A stretch of 64,000 nt of DNA, from assembly GCA_963676395.1 (NCBI GenBank), contig OY781066.1, positions 576,001 through 640,000 on the forward strand, in the 5' to 3' direction. Source of the stretch: a bacterium. Its GTDB lineage: Bacteria > Fidelibacterota > Fidelibacteria > Fidelibacterales > Fidelibacteraceae. The notes beneath the pieces are model-generated. The model was not told the origin of the DNA. It searched no databases and saw only the letters and a list, made by a program, of their open reading frames with translations. Of the stretch, positions 28,656-38,990 are shown piece after piece (position 1 is the first letter of the stretch; each line of letters starts with the position of its first letter). Made by a program: the position numbers and the translations under genes.

Positions 28656-29526
28656 CTTTTCCTGATTCTATGATCTCAAGAATTCTTTGAAGGTCATCAG
28701 TGGAATAATATGCTATTTCCACCGTACCTCCGGGTTCTTTATGTTTAACCCTTACCTTTGTCCCCAAATTCTGTTGCAAAGAGCTTTCAAGCCTAAATAT
28801 AAAGGGATCTGTTTCAGTTTTGATCTTCTGAGCGGGTTTGAGTTCTTCGGATTGTTCTTTTTTACGCGTAAGCTTTTCCGCATCACGAACGCTTAAACCT
28901 TTGCTTAGGATCTGTTGCCATGCTTTCAACATCGACTGAGCATTATCAGCTTGAAGGATAGCTCGAGCGTGGCCCGGTGAGATCTCGTTTGCAACCAAAG
29001 AATCACGGATCTCTTGAGGAAGTTTTAATAACCTCAAGCTATTCGTTATAGTACTACGCTTCTTCCCTATTCTCTCGGCAACAACTTCTTGAGATAATCC
29101 ATATCTTTCGATAAGAGCTCTATATGCCATGGCTTCTTCAACAGGATTTAAATTTTCACGCTGAACATTTTCAATCAAAGCCAATTCCATTAACTCTTCG
29201 TCAGATTCAACGCTTCTAAAATATGCCGGGATTGTTGTCAGTCCCAGTTGCTTGCATGCGCGTGTACGCCTCTCACCGGCTACAAGAATATATCCATCAC
29301 CATCTTCTGTAACAGTAATAGGTGTAATCAATCCATTTTTACGAATTGATTGAGTCAACTCATCTAATTCATCTTGTAAAAATTCACGACGTGGCTGATA
29401 AGGATTGGGCTTTATCTTATTGATATCAATTTCATCGACAGACACTTCTTTCCCAACTGACTCCGGTGCTTCATATGTTGGGATCAAAGCATCCAAACCA
29501 CGACCTAATGCTTTATTTTTTGCCAT
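28642..29526 (-). CDS. parB: chromosome partitioning protein ParB/Spo0J
   Basis: ALGRGLDALI, PNPYQPR, AGERR, IENVQRENLNPVEEA, GHARA. Confidence 0.96.
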   Translation of the reverse strand: MAKNKALGRGLDALIPTYEAPESVGKEVSVDEIDINKIKPNPYQPRREFLQDELDELTQSIRKNGLITPITVTEDGDGYILVAGERRTRACKQLGLTTIPAYFRSVESDEELMELALIENVQRENLNPVEEAMAYRALIERYGLSQEVVAERIGKKRSTITNSLRLLKLPQEIRDSLVANEISPGHARAILQADNAQSMLKAWQQILSKGLSVRDAEKLTRKKEQSEELKPAQKIKTETDPFIFRLESSLQQNLGTKVRVKHKEPGGTVEIAYYSTDDLQRILEIIESGKDEVR

Positions 29527-30277
29527 TTAGAAACTCCTCAGCCAATTGCATATAATTTATAGCACCTGCAGATTGAACATCAAAAGAAATGATGGGCTCA
29601 CCATATGAAGGTGCTTCACCCAAACGGACATTTCTATTAATTATTGTCTTATAAACTTTCTCGCCAAAATATTTTCTTACTTCTTCTTCTACCATTCGAC
29701 TTAGATTTAAGCGAGAATCATACATGGTTAAAACGATACCTTCCAGATTAAGATCAGGATTTAAATTTTTCTGGATCATTCTAATCGTATTCAGAAGCTG
29801 AGTAAGACCTTCAAGCGCAAAATATTCACATTGGATAGGTATGAGCACTGAATCTGCTGCAGTAAACGAATTAACCGTAAGCAAATTCAAAGATGGGGGG
29901 CAATCAATAAAAATATAATCGTATACCTCTTTTGCTTTTTTCAATACTTTCCGCAAACGAGTTTCACGCGACATCATAGAAACCATTTCAATTTCTGCAC
30001 CAACTAAGTCCGGACTTGATGGAATAATATCAAGATAATCCATCATGGTGTGAAGTACCGCTTCATGATAAAGTACTTTTTCTAATAATACATCATATGT
30101 AGTATATTTTGTTGAAGCGACATCTATACCCAACCCTGAGCTTGCATTTGCCTGTGGATCAATATCTACGATCAAAATCTTTTTTTCCATCACGGATAAT
30201 GAAGAAGCCAAGTTGATGGCTGTGGTTGTTTTTCCTACTCCGCCTTTCTGGTTCGCAATGACAACTATTTTGCCCAT
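29513..30277 (-). CDS. parA: chromosome partitioning ATPase ParA/Soj
   Basis: NQKGGVGKTTT, DIDPQAN, IDCPPSL, QCEYFALEG, RNVRLGEAPS; start placed at MGKIV after AGGA. Confidence 0.96.
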   Translation of the reverse strand: MGKIVVIANQKGGVGKTTTAINLASSLSVMEKKILIVDIDPQANASSGLGIDVASTKYTTYDVLLEKVLYHEAVLHTMMDYLDIIPSSPDLVGAEIEMVSMMSRETRLRKVLKKAKEVYDYIFIDCPPSLNLLTVNSFTAADSVLIPIQCEYFALEGLTQLLNTIRMIQKNLNPDLNLEGIVLTMYDSRLNLSRMVEEEVRKYFGEKVYKTIINRNVRLGEAPSYGEPIISFDVQSAGAINYMQLAEEFLNGKK

Positions 30278-30478
30278 TTTCATCCTATTTAATTGTGTGT
30301 GAAATATAATTGAAATTGCCTTTTCAAACAATACAATTCCAAATTACCGAACACACATTTTATAATGTGATTTTAGAGTTTATACAATAAGTGATATTGT
30401 TAGTTCCGCTTCATAAAGGGTTTAAAACGCATTGACCTCCTACAATAAATCCAATCAGCTTATAGATATTCAAATCAA

Positions 30479-31870
30479 TTATACATGAATCGCTTCTCCA
30501 TGCACACTCTCAGCTGTTTCCATTGTAATTTCGGATAATGTGGGGTGAGCATGAATTGTATCAGCGATATCTTTTGCAGTCAATCCTTTAGTCACAGCTA
30601 AAGTTAATTCCGAGATCAATTCGGTAGCGTCAGCACCAATACAATGCGCACCAATCACAACATCACTCTTAGCATCAACAATCAATTTCATAAATCCATC
30701 AAGATGACCAACAGCTATCGCCTTCCCAATCGCACGATAGTGGATCTTACCTATCTTATATTCAATACCTTTTTCTACGGCATCTTTTTCCCTAAGACCT
30801 ACTGAAGCGACCTGAGGTTCGCAATAGGTACAACCCGGTATAGCTTTTCGGTTAAGTCCTTCAACCTCTTTCCCTTGAATATTATCAATAGCGATCAGTC
30901 CTTCTTTACTAGCTTTATGTGCCAAACAAGGGTTACCGGCAACATCGCCAATAGCATAAATATTGGGGATATTGGTTTGCTGCTTTTCGTTTATCTTTAT
31001 AAATGGACCGTACATTTCGACGCCTAATTCTTCTAATCCGATATTTTCTGTATTCGGTGTTACACCGACAGCAGACAAAAGCATATCAACTTCAAGTGTG
31101 GCTTCCCCTTTGGGTCCTTCCAGTTTCAATTCAAGTCCCTTGGCATTTTTGGATACTTCCACCACTTTGGTTGAAACCAATGTTTTGATTTTTTGTTTTT
31201 TATATGCCTTAAGCAATTCTTTTGATATCTCATCATCTTCATTCGGTGCAATTGCAGATAAAAACTCAACAACAGTTACCTCAACACCAAGATGTTTATA
31301 AATATAAGCAAACTCAAGACCGATTGCACCGGCACCCATTATAGCCATCTTTTCAGGAAGCTTATCTAAAGCTAAAGCATGTTTAGAAGATAGAATTTTT
31401 TTACCATCAATCTTGATGTGGGGTAATTCTTTTGGCCTCGCACCTGTTGCTAAAATAATATTTTCAGCCTCAATTATTTGTTTATCACCCTCAGAAGATA
31501 TTACTTCTACCGATGTTTCTGTAAGCATTTTTCCAAAACCTTCAAATACATCGACGTTGTTTTTTTTAAGTAAAAATGCGATCCCCTTACTTAACCGATC
31601 TGCGACTTCGCGTGATCTGGCAATAATTTTGGGAACATCTGCGTTAACATTTTCCACATTAATACCAAGTACAGCAGCACCCTTGATATCACGAAGCGTA
31701 TTAACGGATTTAATAATTGCTTTTGTAGGAATACACCCCCAGTTCAGGCAGACTCCCCCAATGTGTTCTTTTTCCACTAAAGCGGTTTTAAGTCCTCGTT
31801 GAGCTGAGCGTATGGCAGCAACATAACCCCCCGGCCCTGAACCAAGGACAAGTACATCGTATTTATTCAT
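30479..31870 (-). CDS. lpdA: dihydrolipoamide dehydrogenase
   Basis: GSGPGGY, GGVCLNWGCIPTK, GAGAIGLE, HAHPTLSE. Confidence 0.95.
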   Translation of the reverse strand: MNKYDVLVLGSGPGGYVAAIRSAQRGLKTALVEKEHIGGVCLNWGCIPTKAIIKSVNTLRDIKGAAVLGINVENVNADVPKIIARSREVADRLSKGIAFLLKKNNVDVFEGFGKMLTETSVEVISSEGDKQIIEAENIILATGARPKELPHIKIDGKKILSSKHALALDKLPEKMAIMGAGAIGLEFAYIYKHLGVEVTVVEFLSAIAPNEDDEISKELLKAYKKQKIKTLVSTKVVEVSKNAKGLELKLEGPKGEATLEVDMLLSAVGVTPNTENIGLEELGVEMYGPFIKINEKQQTNIPNIYAIGDVAGNPCLAHKASKEGLIAIDNIQGKEVEGLNRKAIPGCTYCEPQVASVGLREKDAVEKGIEYKIGKIHYRAIGKAIAVGHLDGFMKLIVDAKSDVVIGAHCIGADATELISELTLAVTKGLTAKDIADTIHAHPTLSEITMETAESVHGEAIHV

Positions 31871-32091
31871 ATTTTACTCCTTAATTTTACGAACCTGTAA
31901 GATAATGATTTTTTTCTAGAATCAAGTTGATAAAATGTAATTTATTCATATTGTTTTTTACAGAATAAAAAGATGAATATTTTGCTGTTGATATAATCAC
32001 GGAATCAGAAATAAGTTTAATAATCATATTTCAATAAGATGGGGGTTACCTCCCCCCATAGCTTTGATTAATCTTTACAAATTCCACCAAT

Positions 32092-32121
32092 AAAAAAAGC
32101 CCGTCAATGACGGGCCTTTTT
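32092..32121 (-). terminator. intrinsic terminator closing the TonB receptor locus
   Basis: GCCCGTC-AAT-GACGGGC flanked by A- and T-tracts. Confidence 0.8.
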
Positions 32122-32141
32122 ATATCAATTCTTAAAGATAA

Positions 32142-33548
32142 TTATTTAAGAAGTGAGATCTTTCTTGTAACAGATTCGTCACCAAAAGTCATTTTAACGA
32201 TATAGTTACCTGATGAAAGGTTACTACCGTCAAATACAACATCGTAAGAACCAGCAGCCTGGTATTCATTTACGAGTGAAGCAACTTTTTTACCAGCAAG
32301 ATCAAAAACATTGATATCAACGATACCGTTGTTTGAAATTGTGTAAGGGATAGTTGCTGAGGGGTTGAATGGGTTAGGATAAGCAAGATCAAGTGTAAAA
32401 GTTTTAGGACCTACTAAACCGGCATATTCCCATGTAGCTGTTTTACCTGTACGTGTGAAAAGCTTAGTGGTATAACCATAGAAGTCACATAGATACAGAT
32501 ATTCAGTCTGTGTATTAGCATCCCAATAATAATCTACCTGACAAGGTGCTCTCAATACCCATGGTTGTGAATATCCACCATTAGTGAAACGATCAGTAGA
32601 ATCAATGGCACCAGTAGCTAGCCAATGATCCCATTGCTGAACAACGGCCATACCCATGTCAATATCAGCCAAAGAAGCGACTGTAGTATCATATAGAGTA
32701 CTCATTTTAATTGAATAATCATCTTCAGGATCTAATACATAAATACCATCACGAGAAGATTCACGACTCATTACCCATAGATAATCGTTAGGGCCTGAAG
32801 AGACGTACATAATATTACCCATTTCCATGCCAAGATCATCCATCTTCAATGTATCTGACACATAACCATCCTTTGGGGTACCTGAATACTCAATTATATA
32901 CTGAGCAGCTAGACCAGGTGACCAAATTTTTGTACCGTCTTCATTTGCAGCCATGTTACGACCACCGCCGCCACCTTGAAGGGTGTCAATAGCGTCAAAA
33001 TCAGAGTTCCAAATAACAACTGTGCTTCCAGTGATCTGTTGTGAGCAATAGTACTGTTCGCCATCATAAGCAAATGCAGCTACACCACCACCAACATTCG
33101 GAAATACTGGATCTGCAGCACCGGGACTCTGAGCAATACATTCATAAGAATCTTGATCAAACACACGAATCATATCATTAGTCCAATCACCAAAAACCAC
33201 ATTACCATCAGCAGTCTTGTCCATAAAACGGCATGTACCCAAAGTATCAGCAACACCATCAGCACCAATGATCTCAGGACCGATTGTATCTATAACCCCG
33301 TAAACAGGATCATAAACCATGATTGCTTTTCTATAACGGTTTGTGTTATAGTAAGATGAAGTAAATACACGACCGTTTCCAGCTACCGCAACACCGTAGG
33401 GTAAGCCAAAGCCAGGTGCATTTACAAAAGTCGTATCATCAGTTCCAATTTTGTTACCACAAATAACTGCGCTATCAAAAGAATATTCAACAGCGAAAGC
33501 GGTTACAGCAAGAACTGAAAACAGAGCAATAATTAACACTTTCTTCAT
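32142..33548 (-). CDS. secreted beta-propeller-like protein with T9SS type A sorting domain
   Basis: Signal peptide; LPYGVAVAGNGRVF NHL-like blades; AYPNPFNPSAT...SSGNYIV...RKISLLK. Confidence 0.7.
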   Translation of the reverse strand: MKKVLIIALFSVLAVTAFAVEYSFDSAVICGNKIGTDDTTFVNAPGFGLPYGVAVAGNGRVFTSSYYNTNRYRKAIMVYDPVYGVIDTIGPEIIGADGVADTLGTCRFMDKTADGNVVFGDWTNDMIRVFDQDSYECIAQSPGAADPVFPNVGGGVAAFAYDGEQYYCSQQITGSTVVIWNSDFDAIDTLQGGGGGRNMAANEDGTKIWSPGLAAQYIIEYSGTPKDGYVSDTLKMDDLGMEMGNIMYVSSGPNDYLWVMSRESSRDGIYVLDPEDDYSIKMSTLYDTTVASLADIDMGMAVVQQWDHWLATGAIDSTDRFTNGGYSQPWVLRAPCQVDYYWDANTQTEYLYLCDFYGYTTKLFTRTGKTATWEYAGLVGPKTFTLDLAYPNPFNPSATIPYTISNNGIVDINVFDLAGKKVASLVNEYQAAGSYDVVFDGSNLSSGNYIVKMTFGDESVTRKISLLK

Positions 33549-33691
33549 TTTGTTCTCCTTTTTAGGTTTTACTCAAACTAATTAACATTTAACATAGCAG
33601 ATATTAAATAATTATTCATCTAGATGCAACATTTTTTAATACTCAATTATAAAATCACACTTAAGAATATATACAAAAAATCGTTTCAATA

Positions 33692-35914
33692 CTAACGGAT
33701 AATAATAAATTTTTTAATTATTGATTCCCCTTTTTTTAACAGAAGTAGACCACTGTTTGGCTCTATAATATTCTTTGTTACCTGAATATGAGCGATATAT
33801 ACACCACTCTTTATAACCTGTCTTGATTCAGTACTACTATACCATGCTTTATCTGCCAATGGAGACATTCCTTCTTGAGTTACATGATCCAATACATCAA
33901 CCAAATCACCACGTTCTGTAAATATACTAATTTTACAATTTTCCGGTAAATTATAGAACATTAGTTTGTCCTTATCTACACCTTTGCCAAAGGTCATCTT
34001 ACGATTCTTAATATTGTATGGATTAGGGACGATTCTAATAATGCCAAGAACAGCATTACTACGCTCCTCATCACTAATCAAACCTGCGTTGTACATTTCA
34101 GCAATATCTGACATTAAAGCGCCATCGTCTGTCAGATCACGTGGTGGTTTCTTTAAAGAAGCCGGAATGGTAGTTTGGGTATAAACTCTACCACTTTCTA
34201 AAATACCAACATCTGGATCAACCACATACGAAACCACATAGTAGTAATAGTTAATTCCGCGTAAAAGCTCAATATCATCATAATAATTTACTACATTCCC
34301 CTCGCTTACAGAACAATCAAAAATACAATGGTAAAATGAGTCCGCTTCTAGCATAGCCCTATAAATACGATATCCTTCGAACCGTGGATCTGTTTCGGCA
34401 TTATCAGCCCATTCAATTTTAATCATATCAGGTTGAGGCATTAGATTAAAACTTAGGGGAGGAGGTGGTGCTTGAGGAATACCATAATTACTTTCAAAAT
34501 TCTCTTTGGCTTTATAAAACGTCTTTATGATAGAATCTTTTCCGGTATACACCCAGGAATCCTTATAAATATCCATCATTGGAGCTTCAGTATCGAGGGG
34601 ATCTACATCATGATATTCAGGTGCAGAAGGTAATTCTAAAATGGGGCTTGCTCCTAAATATGCTTTATACCAATTTTGGCCAACCTCAATCGCTTTTTTT
34701 CTATCTATTCCGGATACACCTTCACAAATAACAACCCTTATGGATTCTCCCATGGGGATTTCATAGGGGCCAAAACTAAGATAACTGTTCGTACCGGCTG
34801 ATGCTCTATCCTTGATAATCGAATATGGTGCTAGTCTATCAGCGATCTTATGTTCAGCATATTCATCTTGTGCCACATCAAAGGTACCAAGATTTTCATA
34901 ATTATTATTCAAAAAATTCCACGCATGCATATCAGCACCTTCCGGGGGAACCGAATCACCTACATACCATCCAAGACGTAGTTTGTTGTTTTTATCATCA
35001 CTTCGATCATCATATGCGGCATCTGCATGTAAAACAGCCATTCCTGCAAATTGTGGTCCGCGTATACGAGCCTCGTCATAAGAACCCTCTGTTGGCAAGA
35101 ATGGAATACCAACATTATCATAACTCATGGTGATATCAACCGTCTTTGCTTGTCCCAACCAAGTGTAAAAATATGGCAGATCGGGATTATTTTGCATGGG
35201 TGTATGATGCACCCATTGATGCGCACCCCAACCGGCCTGTCTTAAATTTGTTACTGTTCTGGCTTCACGACAGGTACAGTATCTTGAAGCCATTCCAAAA
35301 TAAAAATCATGAATGGTTTCATTTAATTCTATTTGTTCATCCCCATCAATATTCCCGGTATTTTCAAATGTATATTCGTAAATAAAATAATTGTCGTTAT
35401 ACTGTTGACTGAAAGCAAGCACTTTTCGAGTCATTTTTATACCTAAACCCGTATGAATAATATTGGTTACTTCCCTATCTGGGATTTGCTCGGGATCAAT
35501 ATTTGTTCCAATATAATCATTGACATATTGAGTTATACCATCAACAGTGATCTGCGTATTGGGATATTTCCCCCATTGTTCTAAGACCATTGGTGTTAAT
35601 TGATCTGGACTACTTGTTGTATGAAATTTTGCCGATTTATATTCTTGAACGTCCCCATTCATGTCTGTAAAATTACGACATGCCATAAACTGTCTATCGA
35701 TCACAAAATTATCTGTTTTATTATACCACGCAGGCCACTGGAGTCCAACATATCTAGATAAATTTGCATCATGTCCTCTTTCCGCGCCCCAAGCATCAAA
35801 TGGAGTCCAGAGAGAACCCACAGTCACCCAGGTTCTATTACTTAAAGGAATAACCGCGAATGCTACACTTATAATAAAAACAAATACTAAAGCAATGAGT
35901 AATTTCTTTTTCAT
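33692..35914 (-). CDS. secreted ~740-aa protein with FN3 domain and variant sorting tail, paralog 3
   Basis: Signal peptide from MKKKLL; PQAPPPP-IEW-GYRIYR-YYYYVVSY FN3; IVPNPY...IFTERGDLV...SGVYIAH...KKFIIIR. Confidence 0.75.
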   Translation of the reverse strand: MKKKLLIALVFVFIISVAFAVIPLSNRTWVTVGSLWTPFDAWGAERGHDANLSRYVGLQWPAWYNKTDNFVIDRQFMACRNFTDMNGDVQEYKSAKFHTTSSPDQLTPMVLEQWGKYPNTQITVDGITQYVNDYIGTNIDPEQIPDREVTNIIHTGLGIKMTRKVLAFSQQYNDNYFIYEYTFENTGNIDGDEQIELNETIHDFYFGMASRYCTCREARTVTNLRQAGWGAHQWVHHTPMQNNPDLPYFYTWLGQAKTVDITMSYDNVGIPFLPTEGSYDEARIRGPQFAGMAVLHADAAYDDRSDDKNNKLRLGWYVGDSVPPEGADMHAWNFLNNNYENLGTFDVAQDEYAEHKIADRLAPYSIIKDRASAGTNSYLSFGPYEIPMGESIRVVICEGVSGIDRKKAIEVGQNWYKAYLGASPILELPSAPEYHDVDPLDTEAPMMDIYKDSWVYTGKDSIIKTFYKAKENFESNYGIPQAPPPPLSFNLMPQPDMIKIEWADNAETDPRFEGYRIYRAMLEADSFYHCIFDCSVSEGNVVNYYDDIELLRGINYYYYVVSYVVDPDVGILESGRVYTQTTIPASLKKPPRDLTDDGALMSDIAEMYNAGLISDEERSNAVLGIIRIVPNPYNIKNRKMTFGKGVDKDKLMFYNLPENCKISIFTERGDLVDVLDHVTQEGMSPLADKAWYSSTESRQVIKSGVYIAHIQVTKNIIEPNSGLLLLKKGESIIKKFIIIR

Positions 35915-35969
35915 AATGATCTCGTTTCCATTGTGATACAAAAATCATATCGTAAATAAATCGATAAAT

Positions 35970-36002
35970 AAAAAAGGGCCTGTAAAAACAGGCCCTTTTT
36001 TT
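35970..36002 (-). terminator. strong intrinsic terminator inside the locus
   Basis: AAAAAAGGGCCTGT-AAAA-ACAGGCCCTTTTTT perfect stem. Confidence 0.8.
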
Positions 36003-36009
36003 AAAAACT

Positions 36010-36732
36010 TTACTCAGGTTTTATCATCAGATCTATATATCCGAATTTCCCGGGAGCAATAGCGTTTTGAACATGAATGGTTATCAAAGCATTTACAACT
36101 TCAATTTCCGCGGGGATTACCTTTAATTCGGTTGCACTGGCTTCAACAACTGTACCTAATTGATGGCTGTGTGTTGCCCAATCGGTAATTGAACCATAGG
36201 TAGTGGTTGTCTTTTCTAAGTGAACATAACCAACAGTATCCATTGTATCCATTTGTGTGAATACAGGAGTTGCTTCAATCTTTACGATTGTAATAGCATT
36301 AGTGTCCATTACGGTATAAGCTTCAACACTTACAGCCTCCATTAAAGAATCAATTGTTGAAAAACCATCAATGGTTGTTGTTACATATACCATATAACCT
36401 GATGAACTAACTTCAACTTCTTTTAAAGGAGTTGTTATTGTATAACTACCGTCAACATTTATTGAGTCAATGGTTACTGTTGTATCGCCAATCACGGGTT
36501 CACTAACTTCTGAAAAATATACAAGGTTATAAGCTGTAGAATCAGAAAAATTTGTACCGGTGATCGTTAGTGTATCGCTAGTCCACATTGTCGCTTTATC
36601 AATTGCGGTAATGTTTGGAGTCTTTGCATTTTCGGCATCGGGGTCAATAGGTTTGTATATTGAGGGGGGTACCTCAAAACAGCCGACCAGTAATAACACC
36701 GCGATGAATGCTGGAATTAAGATTTTTTTCAT
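36010..36732 (-). CDS. lipoprotein with interrupted IPT/TIG-like domain
   Basis: Lipobox LVGC; TPNITAI...TLTITGTNFS...NLVYF then VVEASATELKVIP. Confidence 0.65.
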   Translation of the reverse strand: MKKILIPAFIAVLLLVGCFEVPPSIYKPIDPDAENAKTPNITAIDKATMWTSDTLTITGTNFSDSTAYNLVYFSEVSEPVIGDTTVTIDSINVDGSYTITTPLKEVEVSSSGYMVYVTTTIDGFSTIDSLMEAVSVEAYTVMDTNAITIVKIEATPVFTQMDTMDTVGYVHLEKTTTTYGSITDWATHSHQLGTVVEASATELKVIPAEIEVVNALITIHVQNAIAPGKFGYIDLMIKPE

Positions 36733-36746
36733 TTTAACACCTTTAA

Positions 36747-38969
36747 TTATCTTATGATTATGAATTTTTTAACAATTGACTCACCGGCTTTAAGCAGGGG
36801 AAGTCCTGTTTTTTCTTCTGAAATATCTTTGGTAACCTGAATATGAGCAATATAAACGCCGCTCTTGATCACCTGACGCGAATCGGTAGCACTATACCAA
36901 GCTTTATCAGCAACCGGTGACATACCTTCAGGGGTTACATGATTAAGAATATCTACAAGATCTCCGCGTTCAGTGAATATTCTAATATCACAGTTTTCCG
37001 GTAAATTGTAGAACATTAGCTTATCTTTGTCACTTCCGGTTCCAAAACTCATCTTACGATTTCTAATATTGTATGGATTGGGGACAATTCTAATCATACC
37101 CAAAACTGCATCCGTACGTTCTTCATCAGTAATCTCACCATTCGCGTACATTTTAGCGATATCGGAAAGCAATACATCGTCGTCGGAGACATCTCGTAAT
37201 GGTTTTTTCAATGATGCAGGAATCGTTGTTTGCGTATATGCACGACCACTTTCCAAACCATCACTATCATAAGCAACTATATAATAGTAGTAGTTAATTC
37301 CACGAAGCAATTCAGTATCTTCGTATTTATTTACAACATTACCTTCACTTACATTACAATCGAAGATAGGTGTATAAAACGAATCGGGCTCCAACATTGC
37401 ACGATAGAGACGAAAACCTTCAAAATCCGGAGCTGTCGTTGAGTTATCATCCCATTCCAAAACAACTTTATCAGGTTGTGGTGATACTGAAAATGATAAT
37501 GGAGGTTCAGGGGGTAATTCAATTCCATACCCGCTGTCATAGTTCTCTTTAGCTCTTTGGAATGTTTGAACGATTGAATCTTTACCTGTGTAATGCCATG
37601 TGTTTTTATAAATATCTTTAGCTTCAGCTGTAAATGAAGTTCCTTCAATGGGTGTATCTTGAGCAATGGTACCATCAGGAAGATCCAATGTAACAGAGTT
37701 ACCGTTATATGCTTTATACCATTTTTTACCAATCTCAACGGCTTTTTTACGATCCAAACCCGAAACACCTTCACACATAACAATTTTAATTGATTCACCA
37801 AAAGGAATTTCATAAGGACCAAACGTCATGTATGAATTTGTACCGGCAGAACCTTTATCTTTAATAACACTGTAAGGTGATTGCTTATCGGCGATTTGGT
37901 GGTTTGCATAAACATCTTGAGGAACATCAACGTTTACAAGACCCTCATAATTATCATACAAAAAATTCCAAACGCGTTCATCAGCACCTTCAGGTGGCAC
38001 TGAGTCACCAATGTGCCAACCCATTCTCACTTTGCTATTATCGTTGGTGGAATTACTTGTGGATTCATCCGCATGTAAAACAGCCATACCGGCAAACTGA
38101 GGACAGCGAAGTCTAGCTTCATCTAAACTTCCTTCTGCAGGTAGGAAAGGGGCTCCAATATTATCATAAGTCATAGTAATATCAGATGTTTGCGCTTGTC
38201 CCAGCCAAGTATAGAAGTATGGAATATCCGGGTTGTCAGCCATAGGTGTGTGGTGTACCCATTGATGAGCTCCCCAAGAAGCTTGACGGAGGTTTGTTAC
38301 ATAATACGCTTCTCTTGATGTACAATATCTTGACATCATACCAAAATAAAAATCGTTGATGGTTGAACTCAGCTCTATTGCATCATCGTCGTCAACATTT
38401 CCGGTATTTGTAAAAGTGTATTCATAAATAAAGTAATTATCATGATTTGCCTGACTGAAAGCATAAATCTTTCTAGTCATTTCAACACCCAAACCGGTTC
38501 TAACCACATTGGTTACAACACGATCCGCTGGTGTTTCAGTACCATCATGAAAATTTGAGCCAATATAATCATCAACATATTGAGCGGTGCCATCAACAGT
38601 AATTTCACTATAAGGATATCTTGCAGTCTGTCTTAGCACTTGAGGGACCAACTGATTATTGCTTGCTCCGGTTGAAAATTTAGCTGATTTATAAGGTTCA
38701 ACCGCACCTGAAGCATTTGTAAAATTTCTACATGCCACAAACTGGCGGTCAATCACGAAATTATCGGTTCTACTGTACCATGCCGGCCAAATTAATCCTT
38801 CATAATAGGATCCATTGGAATTCCATCCACGTTCAGCGCCCCAAGCATCAAAGCAGGACTGCAAAGAGCCAACCTTGACCCAAGTACGGTTACTGAGCGG
38901 GATGGCCGAAAAGGCCATGCCGGCTACAAGAACCAATGCTAAAAATACTAATATATGTTTTTTCTTCAT
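36747..38969 (-). CDS. secreted ~740-aa protein with FN3 domain and variant sorting tail, paralog 2
   Basis: Signal peptide; closely similar to paralog 3 over its whole length; ends KKFIIIR. Confidence 0.75.
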   Translation of the reverse strand: MKKKHILVFLALVLVAGMAFSAIPLSNRTWVKVGSLQSCFDAWGAERGWNSNGSYYEGLIWPAWYSRTDNFVIDRQFVACRNFTNASGAVEPYKSAKFSTGASNNQLVPQVLRQTARYPYSEITVDGTAQYVDDYIGSNFHDGTETPADRVVTNVVRTGLGVEMTRKIYAFSQANHDNYFIYEYTFTNTGNVDDDDAIELSSTINDFYFGMMSRYCTSREAYYVTNLRQASWGAHQWVHHTPMADNPDIPYFYTWLGQAQTSDITMTYDNIGAPFLPAEGSLDEARLRCPQFAGMAVLHADESTSNSTNDNSKVRMGWHIGDSVPPEGADERVWNFLYDNYEGLVNVDVPQDVYANHQIADKQSPYSVIKDKGSAGTNSYMTFGPYEIPFGESIKIVMCEGVSGLDRKKAVEIGKKWYKAYNGNSVTLDLPDGTIAQDTPIEGTSFTAEAKDIYKNTWHYTGKDSIVQTFQRAKENYDSGYGIELPPEPPLSFSVSPQPDKVVLEWDDNSTTAPDFEGFRLYRAMLEPDSFYTPIFDCNVSEGNVVNKYEDTELLRGINYYYYIVAYDSDGLESGRAYTQTTIPASLKKPLRDVSDDDVLLSDIAKMYANGEITDEERTDAVLGMIRIVPNPYNIRNRKMSFGTGSDKDKLMFYNLPENCDIRIFTERGDLVDILNHVTPEGMSPVADKAWYSATDSRQVIKSGVYIAHIQVTKDISEEKTGLPLLKAGESIVKKFIIIR

Positions 38970-38990
38970 TTAATTATCCTTGCTATAAGT

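Noticed and set aside
28642..30478. parS site or oriC next to parAB
   Set aside because: No TGTTTCACGTGAAACA-like palindrome or DnaA-box cluster seen by eye in the adjacent intergenic DNA.
30479..31870. Orphan lpdA as a novelty
   Set aside because: Stand-alone lpdA serving glycine cleavage or dispersed dehydrogenase genes is common.
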